A DNA stretch of 64,000 nt from Phormidium sp. (GCA_051013385.1 CP143273.1:1792001-1856000), one strand, 5' to 3'; positions 19,658 through 29,467 are shown, numbered from the stretch's first letter. Translations and numbers: made by a program. The notes: generated from the sequence alone by a model not told the origin.

Positions 19658-20068
19658 ATGATTACTCCCCAAGAAACACTTTACGATAAAGGCGGTATCC
19701 GAATTACTTCAACTCTACTGCGAAATGGAAATACATCCTATCGAATCCGCGATTTGCATCGTTTTACTAGAAGTGAAGAAAAGGTGATTGTTCAACAATC
19801 ACGAACTGACTTAGTAATTCTTGGTGTGCTGTTATTAATGTTTGGTCTTTTGTTGTTCCAACCTTTGGCACTTATCATAGGATTCATTATGATAATCCTT
19901 GGTTCAAATAGTAGTTTTGAGCAAGGGGAATATGTGCTAACTATTATTACGAATAAAAACCAAGAAGTTAGGATTGCCAAAACAAGTAAAGAAGAAATGA
20001 ACAAAATTCAAGAAGCTTTAGAAAGAGCAATTTATTATTCCGCACCTGGAAGGGAAGGTGCTAATTAA
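19658..20068 (+). CDS. Small membrane protein, DUF6232-like
   Basis: ETLYDKGGIRITSTLL..GNTSY.I..L pattern, two TM helices, ends KIQEALERAI. Confidence 0.65.
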   Translation: MITPQETLYDKGGIRITSTLLRNGNTSYRIRDLHRFTRSEEKVIVQQSRTDLVILGVLLLMFGLLLFQPLALIIGFIMIILGSNSSFEQGEYVLTIITNKNQEVRIAKTSKEEMNKIQEALERAIYYSAPGREGAN

Positions 20069-20125
20069 CAAATTGAGTTTGAAGTTGAAAATGCACTATA
20101 CTTTTTGTAAAAGTTCCAATATACA

Positions 20126-20329
20126 CGAGATGTAATTCCTAATTTTCCCATTCCTTTAATGTCGGAAAATGAAGAACCTGTGTTAGATTTACAGAGTTTA
20201 TTGCATAATATTTATGATATTGCTAGTTATGATTTACAGATTAATTATAATCGGGAATGTGTGCCAGCTTTATCAGAAACAAATGCAGCTTGGGTTGATG
20301 GGTTATTGAAAGAGCAAGGATTACGATAA
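20126..20329 (+). pseudogene. 3' remnant of a DUF4058-family gene
   Basis: Translates RDVIPNFPIPLMSENEEPVLDLQSLLHNIYDIASYDLQINYNRECVPALSETNAAWVDGLLKEQGLR*, which matches the DUF4058 C-terminus. An in-frame stop lies at 20108, so the N-terminal part is missing. Confidence 0.75.
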
Positions 20330-20387
20330 AGAGCGAGTTAAAGCTAAACTAAGAGAAAGGATTGTTTTGTGTGGAGGCGCGATCGCT

Positions 20388-21080
20388 ATGTCTCTTGCCA
20401 AAGATATCGATTCATTGGAAAATGTAGCAGAAGAGATTGTCGTTCCACCTACAGATTTATGGAGTGACGAACTACCATTGGAAAGCGATCGCCATCGAGA
20501 ACAAATGGACTTTTTGATCAACTGCCTTAACTGGTGGTGGCGCGATCGTACTGATTTTTATGTTAGCGGTAATCTAACAATTTATTACAGTCCAGAGCAA
20601 ATTAAAACACAAGATTTTCGTGGGCCAGATTTTTTTGTGGTGTTGGGAACGGAACGCCGCCCCCGCAAAAGTTGGGTAGTTTGGGGAGAAAATGGCAGAT
20701 ATCCGAATTTGATAATTGAGCTTCTTTCACCAAGTACCGCAGCGATCGATCGAGGTTTGAAGAAACAGATTTATCAAGATATTTTTCGCACACCAGACTA
20801 TTTTCTCTTCGATCCTGAAACATTAGAGTTAGCTGGATTTCATTTGCTTGATGGTCAATATCAAGAGTTAATCGCCAATGAAAAAGGGTGGTTATGGAGT
20901 CAGCAATTAGAGTTATATTTGGGTATTCACCAAGGAAAGTTGCGGTTTTTTACTAATGATGAACAATTGGTTTTAACAGAAGGAGAAGATGAACGGCGAC
21001 AAAAAGAATTAGCGGAACACAAAGCAGAAAGATTGGCGGCGAAGTTGCGAGAATTGGGTGTCGATCCTGATGCTTTGTAG
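20388..21080 (+). CDS. Uma2 family (DUF820) putative endonuclease
   Basis: SDELPLESDRH, FRGPDFFVV, PNLIIELLSPST, tail ERLAAKLRELGVDPD. Confidence 0.92.
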   Translation: MSLAKDIDSLENVAEEIVVPPTDLWSDELPLESDRHREQMDFLINCLNWWWRDRTDFYVSGNLTIYYSPEQIKTQDFRGPDFFVVLGTERRPRKSWVVWGENGRYPNLIIELLSPSTAAIDRGLKKQIYQDIFRTPDYFLFDPETLELAGFHLLDGQYQELIANEKGWLWSQQLELYLGIHQGKLRFFTNDEQLVLTEGEDERRQKELAEHKAERLAAKLRELGVDPDAL

Positions 21081-21289
21081 TAATATCAAGAATTAATTAA
21101 CTATAGTGGGTTAAGTTTAGGTTATCTGGGAGTAAAATTGCAACAACAAGTAAAATATTGCAATAAATTATTAGTTATGGTTAATTACTTTTAATAATTA
21201 TAAAAATTTTGACATATAAGGGATAATACGGATGTCTGGTAAGTAGTTATGCTGATAAAGTAGATTGTGGAAGATTTGGCAAACTAAAT

Positions 21290-23953
21290 ATGAAGTGCAT
21301 TAACCTACTGCAATCTCTAGTAAGTAGTATGATCAACACAGTTAAAAAAATCGCTGCTCTATGTACTAGAAGAATATACAGATTAGTACTTTCCGTTTTT
21401 TTAGCCTTGATTGCGAGTACACTATGGATCGTTATTCCTGGTGCAGAATCATTAGTTTATGCAAAAGCCTTAGCTGCAAACCCGACTTCCTTTAACTTTA
21501 AAATCGACTTGAAAGGAATTGATTTAGCTCCCCAACTCAAACTTTTCTCCGAAGGTTCTGTTTTTAGTCTGAAAGATAATAAATTCGCTATTAATGATAA
21601 TAGCCAGACAATAAATATAGAGAAAACATCTTATGTTAGCAATAAAAATTCATTGTTTGATTTAAATTTTAATTTCATGTCTAATAATAGAGAAGAATTC
21701 TATCTGTTCAAAATAGTTAATTCTTCTCAAAAGCCTACTTTAGCAGAAGAGTATTATAAAGAGGGTGTAGAGAAATCTAAGAAAGGAGAATACAACGAAG
21801 CTATAAGAAAGTATACCGAGGCTTTAAAAGTAAACAATTTTGCTGAAGCTTATGTTAGTAGAGGACGAGCATATTCTGAACTGGGAGAACAGCAAAAAGC
21901 TCTTGCAGATTACAATAAGGCGCTACAAGTTAAGCCAAAGTTTGCTGAAGATCCTGATATATATGTTGAGCCTTTGCTAGGAAGAGGTACAGTTTATTTA
22001 AAATTGGGTAAATCTCAAGAAGCTTTAGCTGACTTTGACTCAGCTATACAACGTAATCGTGATTATTATGACATTTATTTATCAAGAGCAGGTGTTTATA
22101 CAAGCCTGGGAGATTCAGAAAAAGCGATGAAAGATTTAAATAAGGCATTAGATCTTTCTCGTGGATATGCTCCTGCGTTAGTTATGCGTGGTTCTATTAA
22201 AGGCGAATTAGGATTGTATAAAGAAGCAATTAATGATTTAGGACAAGTAATTAATAGCAAAGGAGAAGATGCAAATGCTTATGCTGCTAAGGCATATTCT
22301 AATAGAGGTCTAGCTTACCTTAATTTGGGTGAAGCGCAGAAAGCATCTGATGATTTTTCACAGGCTATCAAGCTTGAACCCAATAATGCTAAAATTTATT
22401 ACATACGTGGTATTGCTCAGACTATTCTTGGACAATCTAAGAAAGACAAAGCAAGTACCAAGAAGGCAATTGATGATTTTAATCAAGTAATCAAACTTGA
22501 GCCTGAGAATTGGCAAGCTTATTACCTTCGTGGTATTGCTTATTTAAGTCAAGGAGATGGTGAGAAGGCGATCGCAGATTTTCAAGCAGTACTTGACAAC
22601 AACCCGAAATATTCAGAAGCTTATTTTAATCAAGGAGATGCTTATCTAACTATTGGTGATTACCAAGAAGCATACAAAGATTTCAATCAAGCAATTCAAC
22701 TAAATTCTACTTCTTTTGCTAACTACCTGGAGAGGAGTAAAGCCAATTATTTCTTAGGCAAATATTCAGAAGCAACTAAGGATATCGACCAAGGACTTTT
22801 GCTCAAACCTAATGCTCATGACTCTGCTGAAGGTTATTTCTGGAAAGGTAACTCATACTATGGCTTACATGACTATTCACAAGCTATTCAAAATTACGAT
22901 CAAGTAGTTAAATTGGACTCCAATTATCCAGAAGCATACTTGTGGCGAGGTAAAGCTTTTTACAATCAAAAACTGTACCAAAAAGGAATTGAGGATTTCA
23001 AAAAAGCTATTCAACTTAAGCCTGAGTACAAACAGGAAGTTGATGCTTTTATTCAACAAGAAGTCTTTCCTCTAGCTTACACACTAACTGGGCATTCTGG
23101 ATTCAGTGCTGCTGTTCGTTCAGTGGCTATTAGCCCAGATGAAAAAACTCTAGCCAGTGGTAGCGATGATAAAACAATTAAAATATGGAATCTCAATGTA
23201 GGTAAGGAATTAAGAACTCTTACTGGACACTCACAAGCAGTTCGTACTGTATTTTTTAGCCCGGATAACAAGCTTCTTGCTAGTGGTAGTGATGACAAAA
23301 CTGTGAAATTGTGGAATGTTAGTACAGGAAAAGAAGTTCGCACTTTTTCCGGGCATTTAAAACCTGTTAATGCTATTGTTATTAGTCCTAATGGGCAAAT
23401 ACTTGCTAGTGGAAGTGATGACCAAACTATTAAGTTATGGAATGTAAATACTGGGCAAGAAATTAGCACTCTTAGTGGACATTCAGCCCCCGTTAAATCA
23501 CTAAGTTTTAGTCCTGACGGATACACTCTTGCTAGTGCTAGTTCTGACAAAACTATCAAATTATGGGATGTAGCAAATCAGAAAGAAATCCGCACTATCA
23601 ATGCTCATTCTGACTGCGTTCGTGATGTTAATTTCAGTCGAGACGCTAAATTTATAGTTAGTGCTAGCGATGATAAAAGTATTAAAGTGTGGGATTGGAA
23701 AACTGGAAAATTAGTTAAAAATCTCGCGAATCATTCTAATAAAGTAACAACGGCGACTATTGGTAGCGATCGCCTTCTCGCTAGTGGTAGTGATGATAAA
23801 ACAATCAAACTTTGGGACTGGCAAATTGGAGAAGAAATTGCCACTCTTCCCGGACATTCTTCATATATTCAGTCAATTGTATTTAGTCCAGATGGCAAAA
23901 CTCTCGCTAGCGGCAGCGATGACAAAACCGTAAAAGTTTGGCGAATACCCTAA
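21290..23953 (+). CDS. Membrane-anchored TPR + WD40 repeat protein
   Basis: N-terminal hydrophobic helix, about 12 TPR motifs (AY..RG.AY..LG....A..DF..A), then 7 WD40 repeats (GH...V..V.FSPD...LASGSDDKTIKLW). Confidence 0.9.
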   Translation: MKCINLLQSLVSSMINTVKKIAALCTRRIYRLVLSVFLALIASTLWIVIPGAESLVYAKALAANPTSFNFKIDLKGIDLAPQLKLFSEGSVFSLKDNKFAINDNSQTINIEKTSYVSNKNSLFDLNFNFMSNNREEFYLFKIVNSSQKPTLAEEYYKEGVEKSKKGEYNEAIRKYTEALKVNNFAEAYVSRGRAYSELGEQQKALADYNKALQVKPKFAEDPDIYVEPLLGRGTVYLKLGKSQEALADFDSAIQRNRDYYDIYLSRAGVYTSLGDSEKAMKDLNKALDLSRGYAPALVMRGSIKGELGLYKEAINDLGQVINSKGEDANAYAAKAYSNRGLAYLNLGEAQKASDDFSQAIKLEPNNAKIYYIRGIAQTILGQSKKDKASTKKAIDDFNQVIKLEPENWQAYYLRGIAYLSQGDGEKAIADFQAVLDNNPKYSEAYFNQGDAYLTIGDYQEAYKDFNQAIQLNSTSFANYLERSKANYFLGKYSEATKDIDQGLLLKPNAHDSAEGYFWKGNSYYGLHDYSQAIQNYDQVVKLDSNYPEAYLWRGKAFYNQKLYQKGIEDFKKAIQLKPEYKQEVDAFIQQEVFPLAYTLTGHSGFSAAVRSVAISPDEKTLASGSDDKTIKIWNLNVGKELRTLTGHSQAVRTVFFSPDNKLLASGSDDKTVKLWNVSTGKEVRTFSGHLKPVNAIVISPNGQILASGSDDQTIKLWNVNTGQEISTLSGHSAPVKSLSFSPDGYTLASASSDKTIKLWDVANQKEIRTINAHSDCVRDVNFSRDAKFIVSASDDKSIKVWDWKTGKLVKNLANHSNKVTTATIGSDRLLASGSDDKTIKLWDWQIGEEIATLPGHSSYIQSIVFSPDGKTLASGSDDKTVKVWRIP

Positions 23954-23960
23954 TTCTCCT

Positions 23961-24001
23961 CCCCCTCCTCGCGTGCGGGGAGGGGGTCGGGGGGTGGGGT
24001 T
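23961..24001. repeat. BoxC-like GC-rich repeat (left arm flanking the DUF559 gene)
   Basis: ccccctcctcgcgtgcggggagggggtcggggggtggggtt; 39/41 identical to the reverse complement of 24362-24402. Confidence 0.88.
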
Positions 24002-24433
24002 TTATCTTTGCAACTCACCCGCAATCTTTTCCAACACCCCATCTATCGAATTCAACACCTCTTCATTCCTAAACCTAATCACTCGAAATCCCAAACTCTC
24101 TAAAAATTCCTGACGTATAGCATCCTCCATTTGCGTATATTCATGAATTGAACCATCAACTTCAATAATTAAATTTGCTTGCCCACAATAAAAATCTACA
24201 ATAAAGCGATCGATCGAATGTTGACGACGAAATTTAAATCCTAATAACTGTTTATTTCGCAATTTCTGCCACAGTTTTTCCTCTGCTGGGGTAGGTTCGC
24301 AGCGCATTTGTCGCCCCAGTGGTTTAAGTTTTTGCCAAAGTTCTGGAGTGGTGTGCCAAGGAACCCCACCCCCTAACCCCCTCCCCGCACGCGAGGAGGG
24401 GGGACTGGAAGAAGATGTATCTTTGTTGGTCAT
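24002..24433 (-). CDS. DUF559 (Vsr-like/YcjD-like) endonuclease
   Basis: R.MR..PT.AE..LW..LRNKQL.G.KFRRQH.I..FIVDFYC....LIIEVDG..H, D..R..FLESLGFRVIRF.NEEV. Confidence 0.92.
   Translation of the reverse strand: MTNKDTSSSSPPSSRAGRGLGGGVPWHTTPELWQKLKPLGRQMRCEPTPAEEKLWQKLRNKQLLGFKFRRQHSIDRFIVDFYCGQANLIIEVDGSIHEYTQMEDAIRQEFLESLGFRVIRFRNEEVLNSIDGVLEKIAGELQR
24362..24402. repeat. BoxC-like GC-rich repeat (right arm, inside the 5' end of the DUF559 ORF)
   Basis: aaccccaccccctaaccccctccccgcacgcgaggaggggg. Confidence 0.88.
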
Positions 24434-24482
24434 TTGATATTATTAGAAAAATCTTATTTTTATTTTCGCTGATTTTTACATT

Positions 24483-24670
24483 CCGATCGCATTCTAAATT
24501 GATCCGAGTATAGAAACCTTCGTTGAGATCAATTTGAAATTGCTCAGTGATTTGTCTTGCTTGCTGTTCTGATATTTCTCCCATCCGCACTCGGCGGGAT
24601 AATGCAGAAAACAGTTCTACTTCAACTAGCTGACTCAATGCTGGTTGTTCTTCTATGACAGTGCGATCGC
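24483..24670 (-). pseudogene. Internal fragment of a PIN-domain (VapC-like) toxin gene
   Basis: ...PALSQLVEVELFSALSRRVRMGEISEQQARQITEQFQIDLNEGFYTRINL resembles the middle of a PIN domain. It lacks the N-terminal DTS and C-terminal D..H/TAD motifs and is bounded by HIP1 sites. Confidence 0.7.
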
Positions 24671-24855
24671 TTTTCCCCATCGATTAGCTTTAAATTGAGA
24701 AGTGCGATCGCCTCTAACAGCCCTACTTTTGTGTATATTCCCTAAGTCTTATGTAATCCTACTTAATCCATTTGACACAAACCCTTGGTATGACGCATTA
24801 TCTTTACTAAATGTGGCAATTTATTAAATAAAGGGACTTAGGAGCACCAGAATAG

Positions 24856-25194
24856 ATGTATCAACCAGAGGAATCAGAATCAAAAAAGACTGAAAAAACT
24901 ACTGATATCCGAGTTGCTGCTACTACAATAATTTGGTCTTTTGCTACGGGAATGTTTGCTTTATGGATGATTTTTTCACCAGAAAAAACTAATGTTACTG
25001 TACCAGTTATACTTGCTTCTAGCGCGGCAGCAGGGACAGCTTTTGTGTGGATCTCTGATGAAAAATCCTCAGAATCAGTAGAAGAATATCAAAGAGAAAA
25101 AATTGAAAGACGACTGGATAAGCTAGAAACAATTGCTGCTGCTGAAGATTTTGAAATGTGGTTAAAAACCAAATATATAGCATCAAGAAATTAG
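24856..25194 (+). CDS. Small two-TM hypothetical protein
   Basis: AGGAG RBS, two TM helices, C-terminal RLDKLETIA coiled segment. Confidence 0.7.
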   Translation: MYQPEESESKKTEKTTDIRVAATTIIWSFATGMFALWMIFSPEKTNVTVPVILASSAAAGTAFVWISDEKSSESVEEYQREKIERRLDKLETIAAAEDFEMWLKTKYIASRN

Positions 25195-25206
25195 AACTAA
25201 AAAAAT

Positions 25207-25258
25207 GTACGTTGTTGCGCTTCAGCGCTAATAAGAGCGCTAAAGCGCAACAACGTAC
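25207..25258. repeat. Long REP-like palindrome between convergent genes (possible bidirectional terminator)
   Basis: gtacgttgttgcgcttcagcgct-aataag-agcgctaaagcgcaacaacgtac. Confidence 0.8.
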
Positions 25259-25271
25259 CTGTACTTGTTAA

Positions 25272-26093
25272 TTAACTAGAGATTCCCGCCTCTCGGAATC
25301 GTCGGTAACGTTTAGGTTTGTTTTCAGGTAAAGGTGCAGCCATGAGTAAAACTCTATCTACTAGCCAAGGGGCAATTTTTTGACCCAAAACTGCTAAATG
25401 ACTTTGCCATCCGATTAAAATTTCTGAGCGTTCTTTTTGCAATCCAGTAATTAGCGATCGGGCAACTTTTTCGGTAGTTGTTGGTTGTACCCATTTAAAC
25501 CGTTGCAATTCTTTTACCATGTCGGTATCTGTTAAAGAAGGTAGCAACGCTACTACTCGAATATTGTGTGGTGCTAATTCGCCTCGCAAAGCTTGGGTAA
25601 ATCCTAAAATGGCAAACTTGGTAGCAGAATAAGTCGCCATTGTCGGTGCAGCAATCTTACCCATTAAGCTAGAAACATTGACAATTGTACCTTCTTTTTG
25701 TGCCACCATGCGTCGCGCAATGATCCGCGTCATGGCATACATTCCCATCAAGTTAATCGCGATTTCTTGCTGAACATTTGGCAAAGGAGACTTCAAGAAA
25801 GGTGATTGATGTGCAACTCCAGCACAGTTAATTAAAAGATGAATTGGGCCATAATCTCGCCAAGCTTGAGCGATCGCAATATTCACCTTCACTAACTGCG
25901 ATAAATCCAAAGGTAGGGTGACAACTTCTACCCCTAAAAGCTCAATTTCTGCCGCAACTTCGGCTAAACGTTGGCGATCTCTAGCTACTAATAACAAGCG
26001 TTTTACACCATTTTGTGCTAGTTCCAGTGCGATCGCACGACCAATTCCACGAGAAGCTCCAGTAACTAGAGCCGTTTTTCCTTGAATGTTCAT
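25272..26093 (-). CDS. SDR family oxidoreductase
   Basis: TGASRGIG, NCAG, NVSS, YSATK. Confidence 0.95.
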   Translation of the reverse strand: MNIQGKTALVTGASRGIGRAIALELAQNGVKRLLLVARDRQRLAEVAAEIELLGVEVVTLPLDLSQLVKVNIAIAQAWRDYGPIHLLINCAGVAHQSPFLKSPLPNVQQEIAINLMGMYAMTRIIARRMVAQKEGTIVNVSSLMGKIAAPTMATYSATKFAILGFTQALRGELAPHNIRVVALLPSLTDTDMVKELQRFKWVQPTTTEKVARSLITGLQKERSEILIGWQSHLAVLGQKIAPWLVDRVLLMAAPLPENKPKRYRRFREAGISS

Positions 26094-26701
26094 AAAAACC
26101 TCCAGAGTAGGAGTCTCACACCACTTTTAGTCACCGAGTTTGAACATTTTTGCTAATAAAATCTCGGTAGGGAATGAGACAAAAATCACTCATAATCAAC
26201 TTGAAAAACTCAAGACATTTCTCAGAAACATTGCAGGGAACCTCATTTTCGGAAATTTAATCTGAGATCTGCCTTGAAGTTGGAATCAGAAAAGTTTTTT
26301 TGATAGAAACTACCCAAAGTAACCGAGTCAAGTGCCAAAATTATTAGTCATAGACAGAGTTCAACCAACAACAAAGATGTTTCTCCTCCGCCTAGTGGTA
26401 AACGTGGAGCCGTCAGAAAAACATCTTCAGGCAATTCTGGAATCACTCACAATGTAGAGCATGGGTAGTACATCTCCTAAAGTACGAGCATCTGCCGAAT
26501 TCGGGCATAAGCACAGGTTAGCAACTAAATCAAGAAATTGCAATATTTTTTTATGAAAATTCTGTGACGTTTATGTGACAAAAATGAGAAACAGAGGATT
26601 TGTGAGTGAAAACGCCCTCCTACTGAGGCTTATAGCAACTGAGAAGCTAAAAGTAGTATCATTTGTAAACAAGTTAAAAATAATTTGCCGGACAAAATTA
26701 G

Positions 26702-27637
26702 ATGCCTAAAGACAGATTCTACTGGTATAAATCAGCTATTCAACTGCGAGGTTCAGTTGTGCCAAATGTTTTACCACGCGCTATATTTTGCGGTTTAGTA
26801 GGTGTGGTGATTTCAATAATGTACTATTTTGGCTGGGCGGTATCTTTGCCTACTTTGGCTAGCTTGATCCCAAATGTTGTATTGGGTTTACTATTAGTTT
26901 TTCGGACTAACACAGCTTACGAAAGATTTTGGGAAGGACGCAAGCTCTGGGGAATCATTACTAATAATACCCGTAATCTAGCTCGACAAATTTGGGTTTC
27001 AGTAGAAGAAAAAGAACCACAAGATAGAGATAACAAAATCGCAACATTAAGACTTTTAGTTGCTTTTGCTGTTGCTACTAAATTACACTTACGAGGCGAG
27101 TCTGTTAATGAAGAATTAGAAGGAATAACAACGAAAAATCAATATGATAAACTTAAAGAAATGAACCACCCTCCCTTAGAGGTGGCTTTTTGGATTTCAG
27201 ATTATTTGCAACAACAATATGAACGTAATTGTTTGAATAGCTACCAGTTAACAGCATTGCAGGAATTGATTAATAGCTTAGTAGATTGTTTAGGAGGTTG
27301 TGAACGCATTTTAAGAACACCAATTCCCTTAGCCTATGCTATTCATTTGAAGCAGCTTTTGCTACTTTATTGCCTATCATTACCATTTCAGGTAGTTAAA
27401 GATTTCGGTTTTTTTAGCGGAATAATTGTCTTAATAATTAGCTTTACATTATTAGGTATCGAACAAATAGGCGTAGAAATTGAAGATCCTTTTGGTAACG
27501 ATCCCAACGACTTACCTCTGGATACAATTTGTGCTAATATGCGCCGCAATATCGAAGATTTAATTAGCTTGGCTCCCTATGTTAGAGATGGGCAAAGTGA
27601 TAAAATTTCCGCAGTGCCAAGGCAGGTAGAGAGTTAG
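26702..27637 (+). CDS. Bestrophin-like (YneE) ion channel
   Basis: LLLVFRTNTAYERFWEGRKLWG, GGCERILRTPIPLAY, EIEDPFGNDPNDLPLD. Confidence 0.93.
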   Translation: MPKDRFYWYKSAIQLRGSVVPNVLPRAIFCGLVGVVISIMYYFGWAVSLPTLASLIPNVVLGLLLVFRTNTAYERFWEGRKLWGIITNNTRNLARQIWVSVEEKEPQDRDNKIATLRLLVAFAVATKLHLRGESVNEELEGITTKNQYDKLKEMNHPPLEVAFWISDYLQQQYERNCLNSYQLTALQELINSLVDCLGGCERILRTPIPLAYAIHLKQLLLLYCLSLPFQVVKDFGFFSGIIVLIISFTLLGIEQIGVEIEDPFGNDPNDLPLDTICANMRRNIEDLISLAPYVRDGQSDKISAVPRQVES

Positions 27638-27663
27638 TCAATGACATTAGCTTAAGTAAAAAA

Positions 27664-29409
27664 ATGGACTGGACTACACCACTAAAATTCCTCCAAAATG
27701 ACTTTATTCAACGTCTAAAAAAGCAAAAAGTTGTGCCACATTCCCTGCTGGAAGCAAAAATTCGCGGTTGTCATAGTGAAATGATTACTATTAGCGAAGA
27801 ACAGCTTGAAGAAATCAAAAAATTGTGCCAACATCAAGCAGAAAGACTAGGGCAAAACCCGCCGGAAATTCCCAATAAATATAACTTTTGGCTAGAATTT
27901 CAGGAACACTTCCAGCAGGAAGCTTATGAATATTTACTGCGGGAACAATTGGTTGATGCAAGTCTTAACTACTGTTTAGGAACTCAAGTTAAAAAACTGG
28001 AAATTGCTCCCATTGAGAATATAGAATTAGATGCTGAAGGAAACTTGGTTAACGAAAGTAAATTTACTTATATACTAACTGATATACCAAGCGTAAAAAT
28101 ACAGGTTAATGTTTGCGATCGCCAAAGTTTAACTAGCCTCAAAAAAGATAAAGTGCGCTGGTGTGTTACCCCAGACGACCTAAAAAATCACCAAGTCTTA
28201 TTATTTATGTGTTTACTGGGGTTTCCTGACTCCCCCACAGTAGCAGAAATTCCAACTATTTTTACAGGTTTTATTCCCACAAACCAAATTACATTCACTG
28301 GGCCGAAAACATATCTGAAATTAACTGACCTACTCTACACAGGAGGAATAGGTTGTTATTTGGCATCTTTTCAGAAAGCAAATATAGCGATCGCAGAACA
28401 AATTATCATCTCAGAAAATCTGCAAAACTTACCTGATGATTATTCTTTATCTCAAGAAGTGGCAGGTTGGAAATCTGCTTACACCCTGACAGGACACCAT
28501 AACGGAATTAATAGTTTAGCTATCAACTTAACAGGGGAAATTTTAGCTAGTGGCAGTCGCGGAGAAATTCGCCTTTGGGATTTGACAACTGGACAATTAA
28601 TTAGCACCCTTTCCGAATATCCTTGGGTGAAAACTTGGGAAATAGATGAAATTAACGCCTTAGTTTTTAGCCCAGACGATCGGACTCTGATTAGTGGTGG
28701 TACAGACACAACCTTAAAAATTTGGCATCCCGGCGCTCAAGATTTAATTGATATTTTGGAACAGCATACTGGTGTAGTTCGTTGTTTAAGTTTTAGTGCT
28801 AACGGACAAATTTTAGCTAGTGGTGCAGACGATCGCAAAATTCATTTATGGAACCGTCGCCAGCGAGAAGCATCAGGTACTATTTCTTGGGGTGATGGAG
28901 TTCCCCATTCCCTTACTTTTAGTGACGATGGACTTTTTCTTGCCAGTGGTAGTTACCGCAAAATTAAAATTTGGTATTTGCAAGATGAAACAGGATCGGA
29001 ATCTCCCAATGCTAAATTACTGCATACTTTAACAGCCCATTCTCACATTGTTACCGGATTAATCTTTTGCCCGGATAATCAAACTTTAATTAGTAGCAGT
29101 CGCGACGGCACCATTAAAGTTTGGCACTGGAAAACCGGGAAACTAATTCACACAATTAAAGAAGATACAGGTGCCATTTATGCGATCGCCCTAGACCCCA
29201 AAGAAGGAATCATCGCCAGCGGGAACGAAGACAACACCCTCCGCCTCTGGCATCTCACTTCAGGAAAACTCCTTGGCACTTTCACAGGTCACACCCTACC
29301 CGTAAACGCCGTCGCCTTCTCCCCCGACGGAAAAACCCTCGTCAGCGCCAGCCAAGATAAAACCATTAAAGTCTGGCAAAAAAAACAAAATAAGGGGTTG
29401 ACAGCTTAA
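27664..29409 (+). CDS. WD40 repeat protein with an uncharacterised N-terminal domain
   Basis: Seven WD40 repeats from about aa 270; the N-terminal ~235 aa are non-repetitive. Confidence 0.88.
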   Translation: MDWTTPLKFLQNDFIQRLKKQKVVPHSLLEAKIRGCHSEMITISEEQLEEIKKLCQHQAERLGQNPPEIPNKYNFWLEFQEHFQQEAYEYLLREQLVDASLNYCLGTQVKKLEIAPIENIELDAEGNLVNESKFTYILTDIPSVKIQVNVCDRQSLTSLKKDKVRWCVTPDDLKNHQVLLFMCLLGFPDSPTVAEIPTIFTGFIPTNQITFTGPKTYLKLTDLLYTGGIGCYLASFQKANIAIAEQIIISENLQNLPDDYSLSQEVAGWKSAYTLTGHHNGINSLAINLTGEILASGSRGEIRLWDLTTGQLISTLSEYPWVKTWEIDEINALVFSPDDRTLISGGTDTTLKIWHPGAQDLIDILEQHTGVVRCLSFSANGQILASGADDRKIHLWNRRQREASGTISWGDGVPHSLTFSDDGLFLASGSYRKIKIWYLQDETGSESPNAKLLHTLTAHSHIVTGLIFCPDNQTLISSSRDGTIKVWHWKTGKLIHTIKEDTGAIYAIALDPKEGIIASGNEDNTLRLWHLTSGKLLGTFTGHTLPVNAVAFSPDGKTLVSASQDKTIKVWQKKQNKGLTA

Positions 29410-29426
29410 GGGAAAATGGATATTAT
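29398..29426 (+). promoter_or_regulatory. Sigma70-type promoter of tRNA-Glu
   Basis: TTGACA (29398-29403), 17-bp spacer, TATTAT (29421-29426). Confidence 0.8.
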
Positions 29427-29467
29427 TATAAAAGTGTGAACGACTGGTGCGGACACAAAAGCGATAC

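Noticed and set aside
24324..24680. 118-aa ORF as an intact gene
   Set aside because: A chimera of a PIN fragment, AT-rich spacer and BoxC-like repeat read in an alternative frame of the DUF559 5' end.
25272..26093. HetN assignment for the SDR
   Set aside because: No RGSGR pentapeptide; a generic SDR.
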